From positions 20,398,001 to 20,462,000 of the forward strand of contig NC_043022.1 of NCBI RefSeq assembly GCF_006345805.1: a stretch of 64,000 bases of DNA, written 5' to 3'. Numbering within the stretch: position 1 is the first letter of the stretch; each line of letters begins with the position of its first letter. A model generated the notes under the pieces. It did not search any database. It was given only the letters and a program-made list of their open reading frames with translations, and was not told the DNA's origin. Made by a program: the position numbers and the translations under genes. The stretch comes from Octopus sinensis (taxonomy: Eukaryota). Positions 12,801 through 25,261 of this stretch are shown here, piece by piece.

Positions 12801-14292
12801 TGTCGTACGTTAAGCAGAATTTGATCTGTTTTCACTCATTCACTAATTAACGTAGGCTAACGACACAGTTCAGTGACACCGTATAGTTAACACCATATAG
12901 ATTTCCGGTGCATCCTAGTTAAGGACCATATTCATGTGAATTCATTAGAATCCACTTGAATCTCAATTACTTAAACCGTATATATATATATATATATATA
13001 TAGGCGCAGGAGTGGCTGTGTAGTAAGTAGCTTGTTCCGGGTTCAGTCCCACTCCGTGGCACCTTGGGTAAGTGTCTTCTACTATAACCTCGGGCCTACC
13101 AAAGCCTTGTGAGTGGATTTGGTAGACGGAAACTGAAAGAAGCCCGTTGTATATATGTATATATATATATATGCGTGTGTGTGTTTGTGTGTCTGTGTTT
13201 GCCCCCTAGCATTGCTTGACAACCGATGCTGGTGTGTTTATGTCCCCCATCACTTAGCGGTTCGGCAAAAGAGACCGATAGAATAAGTACTGGGCTTACA
13301 AAAGAATAAGTCCCGGGGTCGAGTTGCTCGATCAAAGGCGGTGCTCCAGCATGGCCGCAGTCAAATGCCTGAAACAAGTAAAGAGTATATATATATATAG
13401 AGTCAGTACAGATAAAGGGTGAAATATAATTAATTTAATAAAATCAACAAATTTCACCAAGTGTAGTCTTTCGGTATGGAAAAGGACCATATTCGGTAAA
13501 ATTATATCTAATTATAGCAATGAGTGTCTTTGCAACAAGTTGCTAGACCACATACCGAAATTATTAGAAATAGCAGCCAGAGGACTGTTATTTCTTTTAC
13601 TACAAAAATATGTCCCCATCGACAACAGTATTTATAAGTCATTATATGGCAAAAAAAACGAAGAAAAATAGCGAAATCAAACAGTCAATATATAGTCAAC
13701 GGGGCGTAACTCTGTTTTACTTCTAAAAGCCACAAGACGAAATTCAATTAAACTGAGTAATCCTGTCCCTTTGCTTGTATCCAGAGAACTGCATGCGGTG
13801 GATGAAGTGTTGCCTGTGTCTTTGTCTTTCCAGTTCCATAGGGTCGCACATGCAAGACACATGACACACAACGCACGACCCGGTCCGGGAATTGAAACCA
13901 CAATCTTGTGATCGTCAGTGCAACACTCTAACCAATAGGCTATGCGTCAAATGGCCCAATTTAATCGAACGTGTATATTTTTGAGCAGTGTATATAACGA
14001 TGTTACTAATAAATAAATAAATAAATAAATAAAGTAAGAAAGAATGAATGAAAGAAAATTCTAAGGCGGTATTTTGTTTCCACCCTTTCCGTAATTTTCT
14101 TGTAACTTCACTTATTCGAAAAATTTTTCTAATATGTTTTAAAAAGTCACGCATATTTGCATATTTTGAAGAAAAATATTCTGAGATTTGAAATTTAAAT
14201 CTGAACATTTTCAAAAAAATTAAAAACTGTAATTTCATTTTGGGATTTGGTTTGCAAGATTCTTTATATGAATTCGTGTGTTGAAGCATATT

Positions 14293-14548
14293 CTGTTGTG
14301 TCTGGAGAGAGTCATTTTCTTTTTGTGCCTTATAATGTAACACACCCACCGGTAAAATTTCCCCTTATTTCTTATTTTTATTTCCCTAAAATTTTCGTTG
14401 CGTCTTGCAACTTTTTCAGTAGTCTTGACTATCGCAAAGGTTGTAAGACGCAACGAAAATTTTAGGAAAATAAAAATAAGAAATAAGTGGAAATTTTACC
14501 GGTTTTATAAGGCACAAAAAGAAAATGGCTCTTCCCAGACACAACATA
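14293..14548. repeat. Long imperfect inverted repeat (fold-back)
   Basis: Core accggtaaaattt...aaattttaccggt (14349-14503) plus outer arms ctttttgtgccttataa / ttataaggcacaaaaag. Confidence 0.85.
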
Positions 14549-14772
14549 AAAACTGTAAAGTTACTAAAAAAAAAAAAGCAAGAAAAAAAATCACATACCC
14601 TTTTTAATATTCTGCAGAATCATAATCTTATATGCTTAAAACAAACCCGTCCATAAAGATAAACTTTTGGAGACTTAGATAATTTCCAATTCTATTGTAT
14701 AAGGAATGCTTCGTTGTGCCTCCAAGTAACACCGAGTTAATCCCTTCCACCTCTGTTCTTTGTGTTAATCAA

Positions 14773-15166
14773 TCTCTCTCTATATAAAGCTGAAGTTGTC
14801 TGTGTATGGCAGGTTTGGTAGCCTTCAACTAACACTATCTCCTCCGAGACCCTGCGGCGCAAGTTGACCAAAATTGAGAGTATGATAGAAGAAGGCTTGC
14901 TCTTCCTTCTGTAGAAGAAAAAATTCAAATCGGACCATGTTAACACCAAAAATTATTTACATCAAAAAGGTGCTTTTTTCTATGAAAATCCCTATTTTTT
15001 AAAGATTTTTTTTTACTGCTGTGTCGCCATTTTTCGGTGTATTTCAACCATAAAAACGTTCACTTAAAGAGAATAACAAGCTACATGATGCAAAATTTTT
15101 ACTTTTCAAAAATTCCAATTCTAAAGGGTCGAAACAAACCCTAGCAACGCTGGGCGATACTGCTAG
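14773..15166 (+). mobile_element. Non-autonomous Helitron
   Basis: 5' TC after A, tctatataaa...gtctgt start; 3' hairpin ccctagcaacgctggg then CTAG followed by T. Confidence 0.7.
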
Positions 15167-15179
15167 TTATTAAATAAAG

Positions 15180-15390
15180 GGCTTGACCGGCCACTCTCAC
15201 TTTGTGTCGATCGCCGTCGGCGTCAGGTGTTCTAGGACCCCGTACCACCGATTTCTTCCATTAAGTAGGGAAAAACACGCCCCATCGGAGAAATGAGCTC
15301 CGCGTGGTGGAGTGACTGCCACAGGCAACGTAGCTGGCCATTCTCAGCAGCAAAGCCATGGTGGTTATTATGACGCGGCTGAACCCACCA
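15180..15390 (+). mobile_element. Degenerate 3' end of a CRE-like (restriction-like endonuclease) non-LTR retrotransposon
   Basis: Frameshifted HFVSIAV / SGVLGPRTTDFFH / LAILSSKAMVVI resembles the F.PIAVETSG.LGP...SLAI.RGNA C-terminal signature. Confidence 0.5.
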
Positions 15391-15854
15391 TTTGACTTTG
15401 CCTTTCATCCTTTCGGGGTCGATAAATAAAGTACCAGTTTCCCCACTGGGGTCGATGTAATCGACTTAATCCCTTTGTCTGTTCTTGTTTGTCCCCTCCA
15501 TGTTTAGCCCCTTGTGGGCAGTAAAGAAATACATTTGCTCTGGGGTATGTGGTCTCTCACTCCACCCCTGCTTTACTACCCCCCCCTACTTATCCTTTTC
15601 TTTCTTTTCCTCTATTATCTATCTTCTTTCCCGTTCCATTGAATTCGAATGTTTTAATTAAATAAAATAAAATTTTTCTGATTTAAACAAATAAAAAACA
15701 ATTTATACATTAGCCGCAGAGGCAGTATCAATAGCGACATGTAATATTTATCCCCACTTAAACGTGGACGTTCTCTCAGAGCAAACTACAAACTACACAG
15801 CAGTATTTACCATGAGAGAAACTCTCACATAGGCTTTTGGTGCAAAATTCACTC

Positions 15855-15858
15855 TTCT

Positions 15859-15893
<35 letters not shown>

Positions 15894-16150
15894 TGTATGT
15901 ATGTATGTATGTATGTATGTATGTATGTATGTATGTATGTATGTATGTATGTATGTATGTATGTATGTATGTATGTATGTATGTATGTATGTATGTATGT
16001 GTGTATGTGTGTATGTGTGTGTGCGTGCGTGCGTGCGTATGCATGTATGTGTGTGTGTATGTATGTATGTATGTATATGTATGCATGCATGCATATACGT
16101 ATGTACATACCTACATATGTATGTACGTATGTATGTACGTACGTACGTAC
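15855..16150. repeat. (TTTA)n/(TATG)n microsatellite
   Basis: Direct inspection. Confidence 0.95.
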
Positions 16151-16850
16151 GTTAGCGACTAAGGCAGTATTTTAGCGAGAGGTAATATTTATCCTTGTTG
16201 AAACTATACTGCACTAGATACCACGAGAGACACTCTCACATTGGCTTTTGGTGTAAAATGCACGCGTGTTTATATCGGTAGCGAGGAGATGGATCCCCGC
16301 CACTGCCAGCTGCACTAGGTCACATGATTTCGCCCTTTACTTCACTTGAGATAATCTTGTTCAACATTGCGGTAGAGTTTCGGACCATGACACCCACGTC
16401 GATTGGATTATCAGCATAACTACAGATGTGTGTCCCACCCCACCGAGTTTGTTGCTTCATAGCTTCTAGAAAATTGAATACTTTTTAGTGAAATTTTCAA
16501 TAAATATCGCTTAGATGCTGTAGATTGATATTATGTAAAGATTTGTTAGAAAAGATTTTTCTGAGGGATTGGTGAGAGGCCTTTCAGAAAATTCACACGA
16601 CCCGATATTTTTACCTTCATAACTTGTATGTATGTATGTATGTATGTGTGTATGTGTGTGTGTAATGGGAAAATGGGTATCTTTTAATGAAATTTTATGC
16701 ACATACCTTTGAAACGGCATAGATTACGATTACAAAGAAATTTGTTGGCAAAATGTTTCGCTAGGACGCGGGGGTGGAGGTATTTGGGATCAGACGGTCC
16801 ACATAAGTTGGAATTTCCCCGTTTTTTCCATTTTTTTTTTTACACCACAG

Positions 16851-16895
16851 CCTTCGGAGTGATGGGAGGCAGCTTTTTATGAAAAACATTTTTCT
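16851..16895 (+). other. Candidate 45-nt non-coding exon (possible GT62 5'UTR exon)
   Basis: Acceptor ttttttttttacaccacag| at 16850 and donor |gtgagt at 16896; possible upstream donor gag|gtattt at 16780. Splice signals only, no transcript evidence. Confidence 0.3.
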
Positions 16896-18428
16896 GTGAG
16901 TTATGAAGCAACAAAGTCCATGGGGTGAGGGGCGTGTACACATCTGTAATTATGCCGGATTTTCTTCGTTTGGCGGGGATTTTTTTCTATTTTATGGAAT
17001 AACAAGGATTATGGAATGTTTAGCTCAAGAGCGATTCATTCTGAGATTTAAGCAACAACGAAAAAAGAAATTGTAATTTAAATTCCACCACTATGGAGCC
17101 CGTGTGTTTGTGTGCGTAAGGAAATATATATATTTACTAACAAAAAAGTATGCTTTTAAAATAAATGTTCTTTTACATTCGCAAGCTCTTCAGCATTTTA
17201 AAATTATATACAGAGACAATGAAGGCAGTGTGTTTATTGGGAGAAAAATATTCTTTTCTACTCTAGGCACAAGGCCCGAAATTTTGGGGAAAGCGGGGTC
17301 ATTCGATTAGATCGATCCCAGTACGTAATGTTACTTAATTTATCGACCTTGGCGGAATTTCAACTCAGAACGTAAACACAGATGAAATTGGGAGAAGAAT
17401 ATTGAAAAACATCAACACATGTCAGAGAGACAAAGAAACGAGGAAGATCCCAGGTGATTGTGGGATGTGCTAGAAATAACAGCCAAATCTCCCTTACATC
17501 ACACACCTTTCCGCCTGAAAATATAATTTTTTTTTTACTGACAAACCATGGTTTTAAGTGTGTAGTACCAAAAAAAAATGAGTCAAAATCGATCAGGAGG
17601 GTAGGAGTGGTGGGTGAGGTAAAAGAAAAAAACCCATTAATTTTCCAAATTTTTATTTTCATAAAAAGATGCCCCCAACATTTCCAAGGCTATGATAAAA
17701 AAAGAAATTGAAAAATTCTCCATCAAAATGGAGAAAATCCTGGAACATCCTTACCAAGTACTTGGCTATTCCAACACCTTAGCCTCGCCATCGCTCATGG
17801 TAATGTTGTGAGCAGGTTTTATTGAACTTTGTGGTGTGCATCCAATTGAGGCACTGAATTTATGTTTTTCCCTTTTTTCTTTCTTTGCTCATGTTTGTGT
17901 TTTCTTCAGTTTTGGATTTGTATTTTAATGTGGTTTTGTATTATATATGTATGGTATATACATAGGTGCAGGAGTGGCTGTGTGGCAAGAAACTTGCTTC
18001 CCAACCACATGGTTCCGGGTTCAGTCCCACTGTATAGCACCTGGGGCAAGTACCTTGTACTATAGCCTCAGGCTGACCAAAGCTTTGTGAGTAGATTTAA
18101 TAGATGAAAACTGAAAGAAGCCCATCATATGTATAAATATATATATATTTGTGAGTTTGTGTCTGTGTTTATGTCACCGTAACTTAGTGGTTCGGCAAAA
18201 GAGACTAACAGAATAAGTACTAGGCTCACAAAGAATAAGTCTTGGTGTTGATTTGTTTGATTAAAATCCCTTAAGGTGGTGCTCCAACACGGCCACAGTC
18301 AAATGACTGAAACAAATAAAAGGATATGTGTTATATTTTTTTAATCTTTTGCCTTTATCTTGTTTCAGTTATTAGACTGTGGCCATGTTTTAGGGATTCA
18401 CACAGACACACATTCTCATCTATATATA

Positions 18429-18508
18429 TGTAAGAGTTACCACTTCCTTCTCTAAGCTTAGATTCGATTTCGAATCTAAGCTTAGAGAAGGAAGTGCTAA
18501 CTCTTACA
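18429..18508. repeat. 80-nt near-perfect hairpin
   Basis: 39-bp arms, 1 mismatch, 2-nt loop. Confidence 0.9.
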
Positions 18509-19435
18509 CTTCTTCATTGCCACAAACTGCAATATTTCCTACTTCAATTCATCACAGTTCTTCACTTTTTCTTCTTTCCCTTCTATCCTGTTGTCACCAG
18601 GACATACTATGTCAGACATACTATCAAGCAGCTTTTTTTTTACCTCTTCACTACAACAATGTCAGGTTTTTGATGTTTAATCTGATACTAACACTGAATC
18701 ATTGCATCTCAGAGAACTTTTTGTATAGATACATATTATTATTATTAGTTTTATTATTATTTGATTGAAAGAAGGTTCATTCATAAGATGTGACAGCAAA
18801 GAATAGCACACATTCACTCTCTGCATGCGATTAGACTTGGAAAGTTTGTGAGGAACCCATTGACCCAATTTTCTGACTTTTCCAATGGCACGCAGGTGTC
18901 AGTGAATGGTTGAATGACCAAATCCAAGCTTTTTTGCTAGTTCCTCAATGGTTTGACTGGAATTGGCAAGGTTGGAGAGCTGCACCAGTCTGATTGGATT
19001 AGTTTCCACAGTTGGATGCCCTTCCTTAATAAACCCAATCTGTTTCTTAAAGGAGGGACATATTCATTATGCACAGAATGTTATTTACCTAAATGGACGC
19101 CAGTGATTGGTTAAAATTGCCAAAATGCTCGAAATTAAAGATGAAATATGTTACAACATATAGAATTTTCTCAATAAAGCCAAGAAAAAATGATGTTTTA
19201 TAAACACATTCTACCAGTATACGAAGTTTAAAACTTTTTAGTTACCTAGAAATTATGTTACAAAGGCGTAGGAGTGGCTGTGTGGTAAGTAGCTTGCTAA
19301 CCAACCACATGGTTCCGGGTTCAGTCCCACTGCGTGGCATCTTGGGCAAGTGTCTTCTGCTATATCCCCGGGCCAACCAATGCCTTGTGAGTGGATTTGG
19401 TAGATGGAAACTGAAAGAAGCCTGTCGTATGTATG

Positions 19436-19468
<33 letters not shown>

Positions 19469-20450
19469 GGGTGGGTTTGTGTGTCTGTGTTTGTCCCCCT
19501 AGCATTGCTTGACAACCAATGCTGGTGTGTTTACGTCCCCGTCACCTAGCGGTTCGGCAAAAGAGACCGATAGAATAAGTACTGGGCTTACAAAGAATAA
19601 GTTCCATGGTCGATTTGATCGACTAAAGGCGGTGCTCCAGCATGGCCGCAGTCAAATGACTGAAAAGAGTAAAAGAGAGTAAAGTGCCGTTCAAAAGGAA
19701 AGGATCCAAAACAAATTTTGATTAATAAAAATCAACATGAAACGCTTTAATTTAGACAACTTTAAAACAGGAAGCTTGAACCAGAGAATTAGGAGCTGTC
19801 TCTGATCAACCCGTTAGTATAAATAGGATCATCCTTTTTATGAAAGGATTAATCCTTTTTGTAAACCTTTTGATAGACAGGCATTTGTGATAATCTGGCA
19901 GCATATGAAAAGAAGAGAGGCTCCGGCTGCGGCAAAAACTTGACACATCAAGGTGTACCACCCTACTGACTGACATATTCGAGTACATTTTTTCCTGACT
20001 TATGGACTCTAAGACTGGTCAGCTTGCCCAATGGCAAGTGGGACCATGCATCATTATAATCCATATATATGGGGCCCATGTTAGTATCTAAGGGACCCGT
20101 ACCCTCAAGTTTGAGAATATTTGTTCACTCCTGGAAAAATGCATTAATTATTTCAGCCTGGCTGTATTTGTAGACAGAGGAAAAGAATAGTTTTAACAAA
20201 AAAAAAAAAATAATAATTATAGCATTGTAGTTGCGGTGGGACCCCTTAGTCTCCTGGCAACCAATAATTTTAGACCCAGTCAATGGTCGTGACTTCTGGT
20301 ACTTGACTGATGAAAGAAAGCCAAGAATGACCCGTCTTTTTTGGCCTGTCCTTCTAATTGTTGTTTCTCTTGTCCGCCTTTGTATCATCTATCTGTCCGA
20401 AGGTTTAAAGCCCTTTATTCTGTTTTTGTTCCAAATTATATATATATGTA

Positions 20451-20582
20451 ATAACAATAAGGGTTTAGCAACAAGTTGGTTGACTACATACTGAAAATTT
20501 TAGAAATAGCAGTCTTTTGGCTGCTATTTCTAAAATTTTCGGTATGTGGTCAAGCAACTTGTTGCTAAACCCTTATTGTTAT
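20451..20582. repeat. Fold-back MITE, ~62-bp arms (larger relative at 35122-35375, fragments at 13537-13590 and 44747-44886)
   Basis: aagggtttagcaacaag...gaaatagcag loop ctgctatttc...cttgttgctaaaccctt. Confidence 0.85.
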
Positions 20583-21780
20583 CTTGATATATATAAAACT
20601 GAGAATGTGTGTCTATCTGTCTGTCTGTCTGTGTGTTTCCCTAAAACTTAAGAACTACACAACCAATTTCATTCAAATTTTACACATGCCTTACTTAGGG
20701 TCCATGTAGTTTCATGGGCAAAAAAAATGTTCAACTTCTTGCCTAGAGCGAGCCCATAGCAATATCATATCTTCTCCACTATTTCAGTATTGTGTTAAAA
20801 GTGAAACAAAAACGTTTCTCTATTTTATGTCAGATACTTTCACTTTAACAATAAAAATAATAATAACAATTGAATTATATGTAGTAAGTAATAATTAAAA
20901 TCAAACTAAAGTATAATATAATCGTAACATAACGAAAGTAAAAATAGCAATTGGTATAAAATTGCATCAATGATTTGAACTTGAATAAGTGGTTTCACAT
21001 GAATGGGAATAAATTAAAAATAAAATTAGCATGCAGAAATGGAATAGTCCAGATGGATAATAAAAAATTAAATTAAAGTATACAATGTAGAGAAAAAAGA
21101 AGATTTGAACACATGGAGGAAAGCACCTTCGAAAAGTGTCTTGGTGCGGCTATGAAAGGTATCTAATCAGAGGCGGTAAATTCGCCACAATAGAAGCAAG
21201 GTTCGAGTCAACGGAGTGTGCAAGGGAGTACTCGACTCGAACTTGCAAAGTTGAAATATTTTATTTTTACCTTTATATCTGGGATGTAGGATGTCCCGGA
21301 AAAAAATTTAAAATGCATCCCCCCCCCCCGAAGTAGAGGTAGGCTGGATTGTAGCCACACTTCTATACAAGAGGGACGAGATACAATTGATCGAAATTAC
21401 AAGAGATGGGTTAACAATTCCAGTCTGTTATATATTTTGAGTATTGTTATCACTAGCGATATCAAGATATAACTTTGTATTTTGTATTTTATGTGTAGAT
21501 GTATATATATAGATGTACATGTAATATGTACACATATATATACACATATATACATGCACTAGCACTATAACACGGCATCATTTTTTTCCATTTTAATGCA
21601 TATTTTTTTAATATAAGGGAAGTAACTCTCTAAAAATGTCTACGATGAGTCAACGATTTAAAAAAAAAATACCATCATATTTTTTCCATTTTTAATGCAT
21701 TTTTTTGGCTATAACTCTCTAAAAATGCTTTATAGTTATTTCCCTTACAAAACCCGAGCAACGCCGGGCGATACTGCTAG
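20582..21780 (+). mobile_element. Non-autonomous Helitron with internal captured sequence
   Basis: A|TC start with (CTGT)n; 3' hairpin cccgagcaacgccggg and CTAG|T at 21777-21780. Confidence 0.7.
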
Positions 21781-22045
21781 TTATATATATAAAAAAACTT
21801 TTTGTATAAGTTTTTACCGAATATGGTTCATTTCCATACCGACTAGGTGAAATTTGTTAATTTTATTAAATTAATAATTTTTCACCCTATATCTGTATAT
21901 ATATATATATATATATTAATCGAAGTGTATAGTATTATATGCCACTATGTATGATCGGCCGTAATGGATATATAGTATAGTACACACCTCCTCAACTGAC
22001 AAATACACGATTGCATTTTTTCCTGACTTATGGATAGTGACACGC

Positions 22046-22094
<49 letters not shown>

Positions 22095-22223
22095 ATATAT
22101 ATATACATACATACATATATTAAATCTCCGGTAGTTCATATATCCGAAAAAGAAGCACATTCTAAAACATTAGAACGAATATCTTTTTAAACTTTATATA
22201 TATATATATATAAGGCTCCCTTT

Positions 22224-22305
22224 CTTTCCTGATGAGAAGATTGCATAATGCACCCTTTATTCCTTTGGAATGAAAACATGTTGTCTTCGAAACATATGTC
22301 GGGAG
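22224..22305 (+). ncRNA. Minimal type I hammerhead ribozyme motif, copy 1
   Basis: ctttc-CTGATGA(22229-22235)-gaagat...gtcttc-GAAA(22289-22292)-C ATAT G-TC(22299-22300)-gggag. Stem I 5 bp (2 G.U), stem II 6 bp, stem III 2 bp within the palindrome ACATATGT. Confidence 0.7.
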
Positions 22306-22835
22306 TAAAGGAATTTTGTTAACATCTTCGTTCGACCCCATTCTTTCATTTATTTATATATATATATAGGTTAAAAGTAAAGGTGGAAATAGCGCGGAAG
22401 TCAGTTTAAAGAGGTTTTTTTAATATTTTTTTTTAATCGGACAAAACAAGTGTTTCTATATTTGTTATATTAATTTCCAAGTATTTTTCTGAATTCCTAA
22501 ATTTTTGTTTCCTAATCTCTGATTTGGAACTTTTAATATTTGAGCAGATAGATACACGGACATACATATCGAAACCGGTAATATTTTATAAAAGGTCACT
22601 GAGTATAACACACACACTATATATATAGGTAAAAAAAACCCACTTATCCTGTTCCATTAAAGAGAATATAGTTTAAAATTCTTTAACATACTTCAGTGGT
22701 GTTTAAATCACTCACATTTCAACTATATATATATATACATATATGTATAAACATGAAAGTTTTAGAAAGTAGGTGTGTGCTAATCTCCATAAGGATAAGA
22801 CGGTGGTTGAGTTATACCTCAAACACCCGTTTTAT

Positions 22836-22914
<79 letters not shown>

Positions 22915-23028
22915 TATATATATACATATAATGTTTGTATGTAGTATGTATGTATATATAGTAAAACGGGTACTTGAAGTGCAACCCAAACACCATCATA
23001 TCCACGTAGAGATTAACCTACCTTTACT

Positions 23029-23128
23029 NNNNNNNNNNNNNNNNNNNNNNNNNNNNNNNNNNNNNNNNNNNNNNNNNNNNNNNNNNNNNNNNNNNNNNNN
23101 NNNNNNNNNNNNNNNNNNNNNNNNNNNN
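23029..23128. other. Assembly gap (100 N)
   Basis: Run of exactly 100 N. Confidence 1.
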
Positions 23129-23630
23129 GACTTTGCCTTTCATCCTTTCAGGGTCGATTAAATAAGTACCAGTTACCCACTGGGGTCGATGTAATCGATT
23201 TAATCCGTTTGTCTGTACTTGTTAGTCCTCTCTGTGTTTGGCCACTTGTGGGTAGTAAAGAAATAGGTATTTCGTCTGCCGTTACGTTCTGAGTTCAAAT
23301 TCCACCGAGGTCGATTTTGCCTTTCATCCTTTCGGGGTCGATTAAATAAGTACCAGTTACGCACTAGGGTCGATGTAATCGACTTAATCCGTTTGTCTGT
23401 CCTTGTTTGTCCTCTCTGTGTTTAGCCCCTTGTGGGTAGTAAAGAAATAGGTATTTGATCTGCCGTTACGTTCTGGGTTCAAATTCCGCCGAGGTCGACT
23501 TTGCCTTTCATCCTTTCGGGGTCGATAATTTAAGTACCAGTTACGTACTGGGGTCGATCTAATCGACTGGCCCCCTCCCAAAAAGTTTCAGGCCTTGTGT
23601 CTAGAGTAGAAAAGAACATAGTACGCCATT
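23129..23630 (+). mobile_element. SINE-B multimer (tRNA head plus Meta/Nin-like core gcctttcatcctttcggggtcgat)
   Basis: ~180-bp head-to-tail units with B-box gagttcaaattcc. Other copies: 15390-15530, 17255-17390(-), 31794-32029, 41345-41750(-), 50800-51400(-), 60865-61045. Confidence 0.8.
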
Positions 23631-23729
23631 ATAAATCTACGCCATTGTACATCATTAGCTTGCAGCTATAGTGCACTTACCATCGACATACAGTAGAGCA
23701 TACCACCCGCCGCTTAAAGTACACTAGAC

Positions 23730-24200
23730 CATCATCACCGCCGCCGCCATTGCTGCTGCCACAACCACCCTGCACCAGAGTAGACTACCAGCCATCTTAA
23801 CACCATCCGCTATATGTTCGTAGATGACCACCACTACCGACTCCACCGCCACCAGCGCCGCCACCACCACCACCACCACCACCAGCGCTGCTGCCGACAC
23901 TATCACCGCCGCCACCACCGTCGTCGCCACCAACACCACTACCACCGCCACCGCTGCCATCACCACTGCTACCACCATTACTTCCACCACCACCACCACC
24001 ACCACCACCACCACCACTACCACCACCGCCGCCGCCATCACCACTACCACCAGTACCACAAGCACCGCTATCACCTCTACCACCATTACCACCGCCGCCG
24101 CCACCACCACCCACCACCATCTCTACCACGTCCATCACCACCACCAATACCACTACCGCCGCCACCACTACCACCACCACCACCGCCCAACTCTACTATA
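23730..24200. repeat. (CCA/CCG)n low complexity
   Basis: Degenerate trinucleotide runs producing poly-T/H/G/V pseudo-ORFs. Confidence 0.85.
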
Positions 24201-24546
24201 CCATTTCCATTATCACGACTATCGTACAAATTGCCTGGAATAAATGAAAACAATGTCAGATAAATTAGTTTATTTAAAAAAGACCCTTGTGGAATACGAT
24301 GTGAGGGGTAGGATGAGTGGGGGTTGGAAGGAGAGAGAGAGAGAGAGAGGCGGAGAGAAAGTGAATTGGAGAGAGAAAGAGAGAGGGGGAGAGGTAGAGG
24401 AAGATTGGGAGACAGAGAAGGATTGTAAGAGAAATATGATGGGGGGGGGGGCGATCGCATGAAACCTGGTAAAGAAAGAGAAAAAAAATGGATGGAAATG
24501 TGAGAGAGAGGGGTGAGGAAGAATGGCAGTGAGTGAAACTAGGAAT

Positions 24547-24591
<45 letters not shown>

Positions 24592-25135
24592 GTATATAGT
24601 TGTAAAATAGAAGACTACGTTGGAACATCAGCGTGTGTGTGTGTATGACTGTGAGAGAGAGAATGTTTAAGTGAAAGAAATAAGCGTGAGGGCATGTGTA
24701 TGTGTACGTGTGTATATGTGCGTGTGTATATGTGCGTGTGTATATGTGCGTGTGTATATGTGCGTGTGTATATGTGCGTGCGTGTGTGTGTGTGTGTGTG
24801 TATGTGTGTAATCGACAGAGTAGAAATGGGTGAGTGCCAGTGTGATGAGAGTCAAATTAATATTTACAGTATATTTGTTGGGTTTTTTTTTTCTTTTTTA
24901 TTGTTTAGTTATATTTTGTAAACAGAATTATGAGCCTTCACCGTATATTGACAATAAAAAAAAATAGTTTAATATTAGTTCGTATAAGCCTCTGTCCAAA
25001 TATTAAACAATTTTTCGTAGTCAATAAACGGTGAACTCTCATAATTCTCTCTACAAAATTTCATTTGCTGCCGTTAACTAATTCACGCACAATTCGCACA
25101 TCATTAACATTTTTTTTTGTCTTCTTTCGTTACAG

Positions 25136-25261
25136 ACGTCATCCTGGCCAACACATCTGGCAGACGAACAGAGCAGCATCGAAGACGGTTCTAATCCAGA
25201 CATTCTAATACTCATTTCCTGTCACCACCAGCATTCAAGCTCTTTGAATGTCAGCTAGCAA
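25136..25261 (+). other. 5'UTR part of the GT62 coding exon, following a 3' splice site
   Basis: ttttttttgtcttctttcgttacag|acgtc at 25111-25140 is a strong polypyrimidine tract plus AG; implies upstream non-coding exon(s). Confidence 0.65.

Larger units (their letters stand above)
7342..13100. repeat. Local head-to-tail segmental triplication (units ~7342-9960, 9960-11692, 11693-13100)
   Basis: Same SINE-A / unique / SINE-C / unique / Tc1 order repeated three times with point differences and two internal deletions. Confidence 0.9.

Noticed and set aside
13915-14349. 144-aa minus-strand ORF
   Set aside because: AT-rich, overlaps a fold-back repeat and (TAAA)n; no recognisable domain.
20298-20345. 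Additional hammerhead-like strings CTGA(T/A/G)GA...GAATGACCYGTC (20298-20340, 56990-57030 minus, 62645-62680)
   Set aside because: GAAT instead of GAAA, no G10.1-C11.1 stem II and no stem I pairing after the GTC.
23724-24460. Poly-Thr/His/Gly/Val mucin-like ORFs (also 6016-6469)
   Set aside because: Degenerate trinucleotide repeats open in several frames on both strands; no splice or homology support.
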